Source: a virus
Taxonomy: Duplodnaviria > Caudoviricetes
Strand: one strand, 5' to 3'
IMG/VR virus record: IMGVR_UViG_3300037484_000435
Span: 32,001-96,000 of that record
Length of the DNA: 64,000 bases
A program made the position numbers and the translations under genes. Under the pieces are notes generated by a model. That model had not been told where the DNA came from. It saw only the letters and a program-made list of their open reading frames with translations, and ran no database searches. Positions 11,245 to 23,202 of the stretch are shown here, piece after piece (position 1 is the stretch's first letter; each line of letters starts with the position of its first letter).

Positions 11245-12093
11245 ATGCCCCAGATAGTATCAGCCAGCAGGCGTACAGACCTTCCTGCCTTCCAATCTGA
11301 CGAGTTCATGGCGGATGTGAGGAAAGGTTACCGTGACCTCCAAAACCCCTACACAGGCAAAATAGACCGCTATTTGTTGACACCCGAAGAAGTTATCTGT
11401 TTTGTATTTTGGACAAAGAATCCTCAGCCGATGATTAATCATGGTCACCTACTTGAGCTCCAAGATAGAGGGTACTCTTTCTATTTTAACTTCACCATTA
11501 CTGGTTTAAACTCTGTTGACTCTGGGATAGAGCCGGGTGTACCTCGGTTGAGTGAACAGTTGAATAGTGCTATGGCTATTGCCGAAAAGTTCCCTGGGTC
11601 GGTACGTTGGAGGTATGACCCGATTCTTCTCACAGAAAACACTTACTACAAGTGGCACGAGACTAACTTTGCTTACATCTGTAAAACATTCAACCAGATG
11701 GCCCCATCTATTACGGACTGTATTTTTAGTTTTTATCAGGACTATAGGAAGGCCGCGAATCGCATGCAAAGTAGAGATATCTCTTACTTCATGCCTACCA
11801 ACGACCAACAGATAGATATGATTCGAAGTCTGTCTGGTATCGCGAGTAGTTATGGAATACGCATGCTGTCATGTTCACAACCCCTGTTCGAGGCGGTCCC
11901 AGAGATAGGGCAGTCACGTTGTGTGGACCCAGATGTTATCTCACGGTTGGTTCCGTGGGAGAAGTTGCAAGTAATCACAAACCTCAAGAAAGATAAAGGA
12001 CAAAGGAAAGCGTGTGGTTGCATTAAGTCCGTGGACATAGGTGTGTATAATACCTGCCCGCATGATTGTGCTTACTGCTATGCTAATGTGTAA
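11245..12093 (+). CDS. DUF1848-family protein
   Basis: IVSASRRTDLPAF, VFWTKNP, WRYDPI, GQRKACGC..SVDIGVYNTCPHDCAYCYAN. Confidence 0.85.
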   Translation: MPQIVSASRRTDLPAFQSDEFMADVRKGYRDLQNPYTGKIDRYLLTPEEVICFVFWTKNPQPMINHGHLLELQDRGYSFYFNFTITGLNSVDSGIEPGVPRLSEQLNSAMAIAEKFPGSVRWRYDPILLTENTYYKWHETNFAYICKTFNQMAPSITDCIFSFYQDYRKAANRMQSRDISYFMPTNDQQIDMIRSLSGIASSYGIRMLSCSQPLFEAVPEIGQSRCVDPDVISRLVPWEKLQVITNLKKDKGQRKACGCIKSVDIGVYNTCPHDCAYCYANV

Positions 12094-12410
12094 TAATGAA
12101 ATGCCTCACATGTAAACAAGAAGTCGAACCAGAATTAAAGAAGGTTCCTATGACAGCAATGCTCTATGTGTGCCCTCACTGCAATGACGTCATCGAAGAT
12201 GATGATTTACACCAAGACACAAAAGGCATTCTTTCTCAAGCATTAAACGACCTATCAATGGAAGATAATATTTGGTCAGTCATCTGGGCTATGCCCCACG
12301 ACCACCCCGAATTTATTGAGGGGCATAGAGACGCTGCCAAATACAGAAACAAGGCAATAAATCTTCTAGAAAAACTTCTAGAGACATACTCTCAACATTG
12401 AAAGGGAAAC

Positions 12411-12902
12411 ATGGCTAAACGCAAAGTTCTGGTTGATGCAGCAATGTGTAAACGCTGTGGTGGTAAATGTTGTAAGCAATTTCCCGGTTTCATGTTGCCT
12501 GAGGATTTACGTAGGGTAAATAGGAAAACTTTGGAGGAACTATTCTCTACTGGAAATTATTCCATAGACCAAGAAGAGCAGGTCAGGGTAAACAGAACCA
12601 AGAGAATCAGAGGATACTTTGTAAGACCCAAACGAATAAAATCATCAGGGGAATTACCCAAAGTGTTTGACCCTGCGATAGATAATGGTAACTGTGTCTT
12701 CTGGAAACCTATGGACGGTTGCAGTTTGTCACACGCAGAACGTCCGTGGGAGTGTAGGACATTAGTGCCAGAAATAGGAGAGTGCAACAAACATTGCCCA
12801 CCTATCAGAGGAGACTCACGTAGGTTTGCGGCCCGCAAGTGGGCACCCTACGAAAATATTATTGAGGAGATACTGCGGGAGGAGAAGGCTAATGGCACAT
12901 AA
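12411..12902 (+). CDS. YkgJ-like Cys-cluster (Zn/Fe-binding) protein
   Basis: CKRCGGKCC ... CVFW ... CSL..AERPWEC. Confidence 0.65.
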   Translation: MAKRKVLVDAAMCKRCGGKCCKQFPGFMLPEDLRRVNRKTLEELFSTGNYSIDQEEQVRVNRTKRIRGYFVRPKRIKSSGELPKVFDPAIDNGNCVFWKPMDGCSLSHAERPWECRTLVPEIGECNKHCPPIRGDSRRFAARKWAPYENIIEEILREEKANGT

Positions 12903-13520
12903 TTTAGCATTCGTAGGTATAGGTGTGGTTATACCCGAAAAGGATGTAGCACACCTACAGGTCAACGCAATCGCGGACGGTATTGGTGGGTTATATGTGG
13001 ACTGGATCGAGTATGCATGCGGTCATTATGGTACCAGCAATAACGTCTACATCATAACCTTAGAAGCCAGCAGGAAAGAAATTTACGAGGATAACTACTC
13101 GTGCGATATTTATCCCGAGGGCGGGGTGAGGCTGGACTTTATACGAGAAGGCCGAGAGAAGTTCAAAGAGTTATCCGAGAAACTTTCTATAGACCTGTTG
13201 GAACGTTGGGTAATTGCCCAATACAGAATGTAAGGAACAAAAAGAAGTGAAAGGGGTCTAAGGAAAGATGCGAAAGATACTCTTATCAATTTTGGTATTG
13301 GTTATGTGTGTCGGTTGTGGGTCAATGGTAGCCACCACTACACCTAGCCAGTCAACGATTGACAGCATCAAGAAAGACCTTGCCTATTTCAGGAAAGATG
13401 ACCGCTGTTATGCAGTGTCAGTTTTCGCAGGTAGTCAGGGTGTCATAGGATACTATTCCATTACATGGATACCTTGTGATGATAGTATAAAGTAAAGGAT
13501 AAGAAAATCGTTATAACAGT

Positions 13521-13598
13521 GGGGAATTAGCTCAGTTTTGGGAGAGCGGGGGCTTTGCAAGTCTCAGGTCGCGAGTTCGATTCTCGCATTCTCCACCA
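13521..13598 (+). tRNA. tRNA-Ala(TGC)
   Basis: GGGGAAT/ATTCTCC acceptor with G3:U70, TGC anticodon, A73-CCA. Confidence 0.93.
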
Positions 13599-14206
13599 AA
13601 TTCAATAACTTAGGAAAGGAAACTAAAGTGGCGATATCTAGGGCACAAATTAAAGTAGCACGTAGTAACCAAATGGAAATATTTATAGAGCAAATGGAGG
13701 CTACCATTGATGTCCTTCTTAGAGACTCCTTTGATGAAGATACTCATCTTTATAGTTGGAACCTCCGAGATAAATGGGGTGAACTCGTAGTACCACAGGG
13801 AAGCATAAGAGAGGACATTATTAAAAAGCTAGAGCCTCGCTACAAAGAGGCGGGCTGGGACTTGTCTTATGATAACAAAAGTGGAATCCTCATAATAACA
13901 GAAGGGTAATCCAAAGGAGTACATTAGTGGACCACATAAAAAAATGGCTCAAGACAAAACGTTCAAAGGAAGAGTTTACTACTGAACAACAAGAAATCTA
14001 CGATAGTCTTGCTGATAGGCCCGCCTTCCAGAGGTCATTTAAAGCTAGGTTTTTGGAACCGTTTATGGCTTACTACCAAGAGGGTGATGAAATCTGGTAT
14101 TTTAAAAGCCCTAAAGAAGATTGGGACCGTCTAATGGGCCGAGCTGGTAACGCAATTATCCGTAACGGGGAATGTGTTTATTATCAGGTCACAGAACTTA
14201 ACTAAT

Positions 14207-14280
14207 GGGGAATTAGCTCAGACTGGGAGAGCGCTATACTGGCCGTATAGAGGGCACGCGTTCAAACCGCGTATTCTCCA
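14207..14280 (+). tRNA. tRNA-Ala(GGC), CCA not encoded
   Basis: CTATA-CTGGCCG-TATAG anticodon arm; G3:U70. Confidence 0.88.
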
Positions 14281-15125
14281 CAAGAAAGGATTAGTTATGC
14301 GAATAGAAGACGTGATACAAATTGGGGTAGCACTTGATACAACTAATGCAGGCCGTCTTCCTGATAAGTGTTACACTACTACAGTTACAACAAGAGAGTG
14401 GGTGTATAGCTTGTGCAACTACAGAACTTTGGGTGAGGCCCTTAGGAATCTGAATGCTGATTTTATCGATTGGACATACAATGATGACTCGTGGTACTCC
14501 CGCGTGGGTACAAAGCCCTCTGCAAAGGTGTAAAGATGTTTGCCAACTTTATTTGGTTGTGGTCACACAGAGAGATGTGCCTAACGGAAGGAGAGATAGC
14601 AGACATGATGCAAGAGGGATTAACTGGCATGGTTGAGCATCATCGTACAAGGATGCCCATGCCGATATCTAGTGACTATATAGCGTATGCTTGGGGCCTG
14701 TGTCTTGCCCCTATAGAAAGGAGTCATAAAGTGATAGGATTAGCAGGTGCAATTCGTAGGGCGGAAGATGCAGAGAGGCTTTTACGTGGTATTAGGGAGG
14801 CTCTCACAACTACCCCCACCGATTTACCAGAAGTGGCTATGGATGTAGCCCAAGTTGCACAAAACATATCAGATATAGCTGACTATGTAGGTTCAAGGTA
14901 TGTGGGGTCAAGATTGGAAGCGGAGAAATCCTGATGGAAATATGCCCTCATACCCTAACCATATTTGATGGGACTGAGAATCAGGCTTATGTTACACTAC
15001 ACCAAGTGAAGCCCAATCTTTGGTTTGTATTGATGGAAGATAATAATGACGGTCATGTAGAATGGAAATTCTTCAACGACCTCGAAGAAGCACGGAAATG
15101 TTTCCGAGATTGGGCAGATAGGTAA

Positions 15126-15201
15126 GGTCCAGTAGCTTAGCTTGGTCTAAAGCGACGTTCTCTAAAAACGTTTATCGTAGGTTCAAATCCTACCTGGATC
15201 A
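15126..15201 (+). tRNA. amber-suppressor tRNA (anticodon CTA)
   Basis: GGTCCAG/CTGGATC acceptor; D-arm GCTT/AAGC; anticodon arm ACGTT-CTCTAAA-AACGT; T-arm GTAGG-TTCAAAT-CCTAC. Confidence 0.85.
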
Positions 15202-16168
15202 CAGGGAAAGGAAGAAAATTAAATATGTCTATCTTGGTAAAGAAAACCGAAATGAAGAGCGATAAGGAAGGAAACTACACTGTGGTTTACAACTTGATGC
15301 CTTTCAAGTGCCCAGAATGTGGGAGTGATATGACAGATAGGGCTTGGGAGCATGCCAAGGGTTATTACGATAGGAATACGGCCTATTCTTGTGATGAGTG
15401 TAGTTGCCAAATACTCACAGAGATGTATAGAAACACTGGGGCGGATAAAAACCTTGTCACATTTGTGTTGAGGTATTTTGAAAAAGCCAAAGCAGAGGGT
15501 TTGGTACAAACCAATGACTGAAAGAGAAATGTTCGAAAAATCACTTGAAAGACCTAGTAATTTTCGTAAGTTGTCCTCTGAGGAACAGTGGGACATTGAC
15601 AAACGTCTAGGAATCCTCGACTGGCAAGGTGAAGGTTTAACTGATGAAGATTGGAAAAGAATTAAGGAACATTACGAATAAATGATTAAACCCATAGCAC
15701 ATAGGCTAGACATAATAGTAAAGGGAATATATTACCATTTCAAAATCTTGATAAGAAAAGAAATGGAAGACACAGATTATATCTGGGTAATTTACTGTCT
15801 GGAGTTAGACCTTGTCACAGCAGCTAAAAACCGTTACCAAGCTTGGCGGGATATGAAGGATGTTGTGAGGGCACACATAGGCTTTGCTATGGAAAATGAC
15901 AACATGAAACACTGTTTTCATTCGGCCCCGCAGGAACTGTGGACAGATTATTTTAAAGCTGTAAGCAGGAAGAGAAAGAGAAATGGATAGTGACTCACCA
16001 GTGTTTACAACTTTAGTGCTACTCTTGCTATTTATTAGCGTAGCCTTATTCCCGATAGAGATGGTAAAGTGGTTTATACTCGGCGTCCTGTTCATCTGGA
16101 CATTCGAAATTTTTGTGTTCACGCTATTACTAATAGGATTTCTTCTAGAAAATAGAAAACAAAATAGT

Positions 16169-16243
16169 GGCGGCATGGCCGAGTAGTTAGGTCCAGGGCT
16201 GCAAACTCTGGTTACGTGGGTGCAATTCCTACTGCCGCCTCCA
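16169..16243 (+). tRNA. tRNA-Cys(GCA)
   Basis: GGCGGCA/TGCCGCC acceptor, U73-CCA, GCA anticodon. Confidence 0.93.
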
Positions 16244-16904
16244 CAAGAGAGGATTAAAAAATGAAGATGAAAGACCTGTTAACCTTGGAACCAAGTAGTA
16301 ACAAGGATTTTGACTCATTGGCACGGAATCTCTTTATCGAAATGGGTAAATGGATTGTCGATCTTCAGAATCAGATTAAGGAACAGGACGAACGCATCCG
16401 TGCTTTGGAGAAGGTAAACCAATGAAAACAATAGAAGCAGAAGCACGAGCATTTATGGAGAGTCTAAACACACCAGACCCTGTGCCACCCAAAGACATGT
16501 CTCAATCAAATATGTATTATGTGGAACCTAAGGAAGACAAGATGACGAGGTTACGTGAGATGCTAAATCTTCCCGAGCCCATACCTGAGAATAACACACT
16601 AGAACTACTTAAACTCTTTTGTAGTTGGATTAGTGCTATTAATCACAAAGTCGATGTGTTATCCGAACGTATAGACCTCATTGATGAGCGGGTAGAACAC
16701 CTTGAGTAAAAAGGAAAACATAAAGCCCTTATGGGAAAAAGAGATGGAGGAATACATTAACGGTATGTCTGAGGAAGAGTGGAAACAGTTCCTCATAGAC
16801 ACCGATTTTGAGTATTACAACAGCGAACACTTCCGCAAAATGAAAGTAATCTATCCACAATGGTTGCAAGAATTGGTGGATAAAGCCAATGAAGGGAGAA
16901 ATAA

Positions 16905-17756
16905 ATGAAGATTCTCCACACGTCTGACCTACATGGTTATCAAGCCAAATATGGAAAAGTTCTGAAGCATGCCACCCAAAGGAAGGTGGATGTTGTGGTG
17001 CTGCCGGGCGACCTTCTTACTGGTAGAGACCCTCTGATTGCAGAGCAACGTAAATTCTGCCAGTGGTTGCGGGACTGGATGTATACCCTAACAGAAAGGG
17101 GTATCCATGTGGTCTACATCTTGGGGAATGATGACCTCGCGATAATGGACAAAGTGATGTTGTCCTATGTCAGGGGTAATCCTATGGTCCACTGGATTGA
17201 TGGGCAAGCAACTACAATAGGAGATTATACTTTCGTGGGTATGAGCCAAGTCAAAGACCTTCCTTACGGACTAAAAGACCGTGCTCGGCTAGACTATGAT
17301 ATCGATGACCCCCTCGATATATTCCAGCCCCACACAGCCTACCTCAGCCAAACCGACTACAGTGGGGACGAGTTTGTAGAGATGCCTGTGGAGCGGTGGG
17401 TAGAGCATGTAAAGACTCTCCCAACTCTAGCAAAAATGCTGTGGAGACTGCCAGTGGAGGATTGGAGCAAAACCGTTCTGGTTACACACGACCCACCGTT
17501 TGGTATTGGTTTGGACATGACAGCCAATGGAGAGCAAGTAGGTTCTAAGGCGGTACTGGAATTTATTGAGGACACACAGCCCTACCTTACCTTGCATGGT
17601 CACATTCACGAGTCTCCTAACCGAACTGGTATATGGAGAGCAGAAGTTAACAACACCGTATGTGTACAGGTAGGACAACCTTGGCGGGACTTGAGTGCCG
17701 CAATCATAGACCTCGAAACTAGAGAGGTAGAAAGGATTCTGGATAAAATTACATGA
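16905..17756 (+). CDS. calcineurin-like metallophosphoesterase
   Basis: SDLHG, GDLL, GNDD, THDPP, HGHIHE. Confidence 0.9.
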   Translation: MKILHTSDLHGYQAKYGKVLKHATQRKVDVVVLPGDLLTGRDPLIAEQRKFCQWLRDWMYTLTERGIHVVYILGNDDLAIMDKVMLSYVRGNPMVHWIDGQATTIGDYTFVGMSQVKDLPYGLKDRARLDYDIDDPLDIFQPHTAYLSQTDYSGDEFVEMPVERWVEHVKTLPTLAKMLWRLPVEDWSKTVLVTHDPPFGIGLDMTANGEQVGSKAVLEFIEDTQPYLTLHGHIHESPNRTGIWRAEVNNTVCVQVGQPWRDLSAAIIDLETREVERILDKIT

Positions 17757-18914
17757 ACATAACGTGTTATGCAATCGTAGTGGATAGTTGTGAACTATCG
17801 CCAGAAGATTTTAAAGAAGCTCTCGTAAAATGCTACGCGAGTAATGATTCCTTCTGGTCACAAGTGAAAGTTCAAGAGGGGTATTACACGAAACAACGTA
17901 GAATAATTGTGTACGAACGCAAGTACATTCCTGACGTCCTTCAGGCATTAGACATTCTTTTGGGAAAGGTATAACAATGGAAGCTCTTTTCATAATAGCT
18001 CTTGTGTTGACTGGCCTATTCATTTTGTTCGCTTGTTTAGAAGCCGAGACATGGACTCCTGTTGTGTTTGGAGTAATCTCCTTTGTGTCTTTTACTGTTG
18101 GCTTATATTTCTACCTACAAACAGAACCAACAGCTACCCAATACACAACGATTACCGATCGTTTAGAACTCAACAGCGGTAATAATGGGAAGTATTTAAT
18201 ATTCCCCAAACCAACCCACATAAAGGTTACATTCAAGAAACGATGGGGTTCAGCAGATAGTGAAACCATCTACACAGTGCTGGGGGAATGAGATGCAAGA
18301 ACCATGGATAAAAACAACTATCATAGAACGGGAAAACGGGCCCACTGTGGAGACCGAGATTGTGACTCCACAGGGGTCTCTTTCTATACACCATGATGGC
18401 ATTCATGTGGTGTATATCTCTGGGAAAACCAGATTCATAGGTAGAATATTTACGTGGAAAGACATCTTCGACTTAATAAAAGATAAGTTAGAAGTCATAA
18501 GCAAAGAACAATAAACGAAAGGAAAGGAAAAGGACATGGACCCATTTAGTGGAACAGTTGGGGCAATATGCCTCACGATAATCGCAGTGGCGTTTTTCTA
18601 TTTTACCAGTAGGTAAACTAAGATGATTAGTGCAGGAAAATTTGAAAAGCTCCCGCCCGCGATCGAGGCGTTCAATTATGCTCTCGCAAATCTATCAGTG
18701 TGTGATAAATTTACAATGCATCGAGGTTTGCCAGGAGAAGTTATAAGTTCTTTACCGGATGCTCAGCGGGACGCCCTCAAAGGTCTTACTGCCACCCTCA
18801 TGAATCGTTATCGCTTCTCTCCTTGGCAGGCACATCCGTATAATCTACATGATTGGAATAGGTTCGTGCGGGAGCGAGAGAATAACCAGACGAACAGAAA
18901 GTTGAGGCAAGAAT

Positions 18915-19484
18915 TTGACCAAAAAATACTTAGTAGTCGTAAGCATGTTGCTACTATTTGCGGGGCCGACTAGCGCTCTGGAGATATATGTGAGTAGTAG
19001 CAACTATGACTTGATAGTGGCTGAGGGCCAACAAGGTTTGTTCCGTTGTTATGTGGGGCTAGGGTCACGAGAATTTCCTACACCAATAGGAGAGTATTTT
19101 ATCACACACACTTTTAGAGACCCTTGGTGGATACCCAACCCGAAACGCCCTTGGGCTTATGGAATGAAGCCAAGCAAGGCCGTGTACGGTGGTACAATGG
19201 CCCCACTTTTGAGGAAATCTAAGCCCCGAACGTTGTTTGATGGGGAAGACTTTATCGCGATGGAATACGAGTGGGTAGACAACGATTATCGACTCCACGG
19301 CACTAATCAAAAAATGTCGATTGGTGCCGCAACTAGTCATGGCTGTATTCGTATGTTTCCTCAAGACGCTAAAAGAGTTGTTGATATAATTGAGGAATAT
19401 GTGGGTGTGTGTGGTAAGGGACAAACAGAAAATGGCCCGTTTGTCGTCTTATGTAGGCCTGTCCGATTAGTTATTTTGAGATAG
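18915..19484 (+). CDS. L,D-transpeptidase (YkuD family), with signal peptide
   Basis: FPTPIGEY, YRLHGTN, TSHGCIRM catalytic His/Cys. Confidence 0.85.
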   Translation: MTKKYLVVVSMLLLFAGPTSALEIYVSSSNYDLIVAEGQQGLFRCYVGLGSREFPTPIGEYFITHTFRDPWWIPNPKRPWAYGMKPSKAVYGGTMAPLLRKSKPRTLFDGEDFIAMEYEWVDNDYRLHGTNQKMSIGAATSHGCIRMFPQDAKRVVDIIEEYVGVCGKGQTENGPFVVLCRPVRLVILR

Positions 19485-19543
19485 AAATTAATTAGTTATC
19501 CTCCTGACTCAGATAAAGACTATTTTAGTGAGGAGGGGGATAA

Positions 19544-20230
19544 ATGACACAAGAGGAAATTCTAAGTCTTGGAAGAAAAACACGTATCGAACAACGCAAG
19601 GTTCTCCGAGAAGGGCAAGTTAAAGAATATTATAAAAACCCAGAAATTTGCAAGAATTGTCACAAGATAATTGAGGTTAAGGACTATGATAGTGTAGCAG
19701 TAACTCGCAAAAAGAAATTCTGCTGTCTTTCATGTGTATCCACTTATTCAAATTTGCATCGTCCCAAAAAAGTTTTGAAAGATTACAAAGTAGCTAATTG
19801 TCAAAGTTGTGGAACAGAGATTACTTGGAAACGATGTCCTAACGGAAACTTTAGTCCGAAAAAGTACTGCGATGAATGTTTGGGAGAGCGGATGCGTGAA
19901 GTTTGGTCAATGAATGAGATAGCCAATAAAACTAAAGGGGAAATAAAGGCACAAGCCCGCAACAAACAACTATGGAGAACGTATTTTACGTCGCATTCCC
20001 ACAGGGTCTATTTTGCGTCTAATGTTGGGGATAAGTGTGAAATTTGTGGTTATCCACACCACGTTGTGGTTTGCCATGTCAAACCCATTGCATCTTTCCC
20101 TGATGAAGCAAAGGTATCTGAGATAAATTCGGTTGTCAATCTGGTTGGTCTATGTCCTAACTGTCATTGGGAGTTAGACCACGGATTATTGGAAGACACC
20201 AAAAAAGAACTACTTCAACGCCACATTTAA
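19544..20230 (+). CDS. HNH homing endonuclease (family copy 2)
   Basis: same zinc N-terminus and CHVKPI...EIN...LCPNCHWELD C-terminus. Confidence 0.8.
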   Translation: MTQEEILSLGRKTRIEQRKVLREGQVKEYYKNPEICKNCHKIIEVKDYDSVAVTRKKKFCCLSCVSTYSNLHRPKKVLKDYKVANCQSCGTEITWKRCPNGNFSPKKYCDECLGERMREVWSMNEIANKTKGEIKAQARNKQLWRTYFTSHSHRVYFASNVGDKCEICGYPHHVVVCHVKPIASFPDEAKVSEINSVVNLVGLCPNCHWELDHGLLEDTKKELLQRHI

Positions 20231-21253
20231 AAAAGAAAGGGAGGTAGAGGTGTGTGATTCAGCTGATACAGTAGGAGAACTTGTTGCGGTAATCTTGTGT
20301 ATCATTTTTGGGATAGGCCTAGCCGTAATAATGAGTAACGAATCCATAATGTTTATAGTAGGAATGACCGTAGGAGTCCTGTTACTATCCTTGGTAATAG
20401 TCTTGACTGGCTCAAACTACTATAATGGGTATGAACAGGCATATCGAGACTCTAAAAAAGGAACCATCGAAGAAAAAATTAAGAAGCGATTCCCAGATGT
20501 CTGGATAGAATACAACGCCCCACTAAAAGGAGAGGAGAAGCCACATGGGAGATGAGATAGGTGCGTTTGGTGCCGTAGTTCTCGCGTCTATATTTTGGTT
20601 TGTCGTGCTTCTTTTCTCGGTGAATGGTGCGTATAACGTGGGTTACGAGCAAGCTTATAAAGATATGCACACGGGCAAGATAGAAAGTGTAGTTCAACGG
20701 GACTATCCAGCAGTGTGGATAAAATATAATGTCACCGAACCAAAACGATAGGATGATTAAAACATGAATCTGGTTGATGTTAAAGAAAAGATGTTGGAGA
20801 CTAAACATCAAATAGAAACTTCTCAACAAGCAAGACTGGATAGCGTGGAGGATTATATTGATGACCTCCGCGACCTAATCAAGGACTGCAATGCAGATAT
20901 GCTTCGTCTCGTCAACTATCTCATGGAGTCCAACGGTCACTATACAAAGGAAGAAATTGAAAGAGAGGATTTATACCGATGCCTGTCGAAGCAGTAAAAA
21001 GACACAGTTTTGTATTTAACCCAAATGAAAACGGGGGAGAGCAGATTATACTGATGACTCAATTCTTTCCTGCAAGTCCTACAAGCAAAGATGTATTCGC
21101 TGTTTGCGAATTAAGTTTGCAGTCGCAGGGTAACAGTGCTACTTTTACCCTAGGCGGAGATATTTTTTCTCCTGAAAATCTCAGGGAATTAGCCAACCAA
21201 CTGGATGTGGCACGGAACGAAGCGAAGGCAAAGTTGTCTAAATAGTTTTATGT

Positions 21254-21329
21254 GGGGCGCTCATCCAGTGGTTTAGGATAGTGGTTTTTCAAGCCACCAA
21301 CAGGAGTTCAATTCTCCTGCGCCCTACCA
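21254..21329 (+). tRNA. tRNA-Glu(TTC)
   Basis: GTGGT-TTTTCAA-GCCAC anticodon arm; CCA. Confidence 0.88.
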
Positions 21330-21549
21330 CCTAAACAAAGGTTTGTATGAGAGAAATCTTCTTAAAATTTTGTGCATTTGTTTTGTATGTTGGGTATTTC
21401 CCTGTGTTCTTTATGGTGTTCATGATAGCGACCGTTAATGAGGAGTTCAGTTGTGGGTGTCCTTTCGACCGATCACACCGATGGATGGAAAAATATTTTC
21501 CTAAATACGGTTGGGCGCAACACTACAAAAGTAAAGAGGTTTAATCCAT

Positions 21550-21624
21550 CCCTACGAGGCCGAAAAGTGAGGCGCGGCTCTCATAAAGCCGTTGCAGAAA
21601 GTGCGATACTTTCCGTAGGGACCA
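21550..21624 (+). tRNA. tRNA-CAT (elongator Met or lysidine Ile2), divergent T-loop
   Basis: CCCTACG/CGTAGGG acceptor, A73-CCA; CGGCT-CTCATAA-AGCCG; T-arm GAAAG-TGCGATA-CTTTC; lacks initiator hallmarks. Confidence 0.78.
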
Positions 21625-23202
21625 ACCATAAGAAAGGAAATCAATGTACCTATATCTACAAGAAGAAGTGACTGGGCATTGCGGTGACTACATCGAATCT
21701 GTGGGGCATCTTATTAACCTAGATAGCCTCCCTGTCGAGGGGGAGGATAGACAAGTCGCTCAAAAAGAACTTTACGAGGTAGCTTATGGGTGGATTTTTG
21801 ATAAGCTTGTAGATGACCCATCGGGATGTTCACCAGACTCTACGTGGGAATACAATCAAGAAACAAAGAAATGGGTCGAGACACAATTAACCACGTCTGA
21901 ACAACGTCAAGAAGAACGCAATAAAATGTGGAGAATCTAATGAAAACCGAGTTCCCGCATACAGACCTGCTGTTGGCCGAAATGCGTCTGAAGAAACAAG
22001 CAAACGCTATCTCGGAATTGCGGGAACGGTGTTTGTTCCTTAAGATAAAAGAAAAGAAAATGGCCAGAGCCATTACAAGAAAACATGAGTGGGCTAGAAA
22101 ATTACGAGCCCAACTAATTGTGGCAGGCATCGAGCCCGCGAAAGAAAAATAGGAGCGAGTATGATTAAACTCACTATAGAAGACCTCGAAACGTTACAGT
22201 CTGAGTTTGCAGATGTCAACAAGGAAGACGTCGAAGCTGAAATTGACCGCATGGTTATGGAGGTGGATAACGCTTGTGATCGCGAAGTTAAGGCGTGGGC
22301 GAAAAAATATGCTGCCAATACTATGCTCTCGGCCCTGTTGACAGGTGCAACACCCATGGAAATGGTTTACCAAAGTATGTTAATAGGTCTCTATATGGGT
22401 GCCCGTATGCAGGAAGGTAAGTCAGGACAAACAATGACTGTGAGGTTGCAATTCCAACCCGGCGGAACCAATCTGCACTAGGAGAAGGCTATGTCCGATG
22501 TAGTAAAAGTAGAGAGAATCAAATGGAATGTTGCCTCAGGAGAAGGTTGGGGCCGAAAACTATCATTCGGATACTTTGTAGAAGTTATTCAATGTAGATG
22601 GAAACCTGATGGTTACTCCCAATCTGTTTCCGTAAAACAAAAAGTGTCCTTAGAAAATCCCGACGAGTTAATAGAAGAACTTGTTACTGCAAAACGGTTC
22701 TTAGAAACGAGCAAACCACATTTCAAATTTAGAGGTGAGAAGAGCGGATGAGTTGGAACTACAGGGTCCTAAAAAGAAATAATGGCAAGAGCGACTATTA
22801 CGCCATTCACGAGGTGTATTACAGGCCCGATGACACTCCAGAATATTGGACCACCGCCAGCATCAGGCCTTACGGCAGATCTCCAGCGGAATTGCAAGAA
22901 GATTTGTCACATATGCGGGAGGCACTGCAACAGCCAATTCTTCAGGAAGTAACAAAAAACGGTGAAGAAATACTGGAAGAAATTAACTAACGATTTCCCC
23001 ATTTGCAGACGTTCCCTTTCGGTGGGCGCGTCTGCATTAAAAACAAAATTCAAAAGTATAAGGCCTTAGAGTCCTTCTCTAGGACGAGAAGGCCGTCCCA
23101 CTAACCCATCTTAAAAGATATATTTAAGGAATCTTCGGGTTAATGATAATTTAACTATGCTCCTGTGTAAGGTAGTGAACTTACACTAGGAGGATAGAAT
23201 TC

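Noticed and set aside
15126-15201. tRNA-Pyl
   Set aside because: It has a standard D-loop with GG, a TTC T-loop and a 5-bp anticodon stem, unlike tRNA-Pyl.
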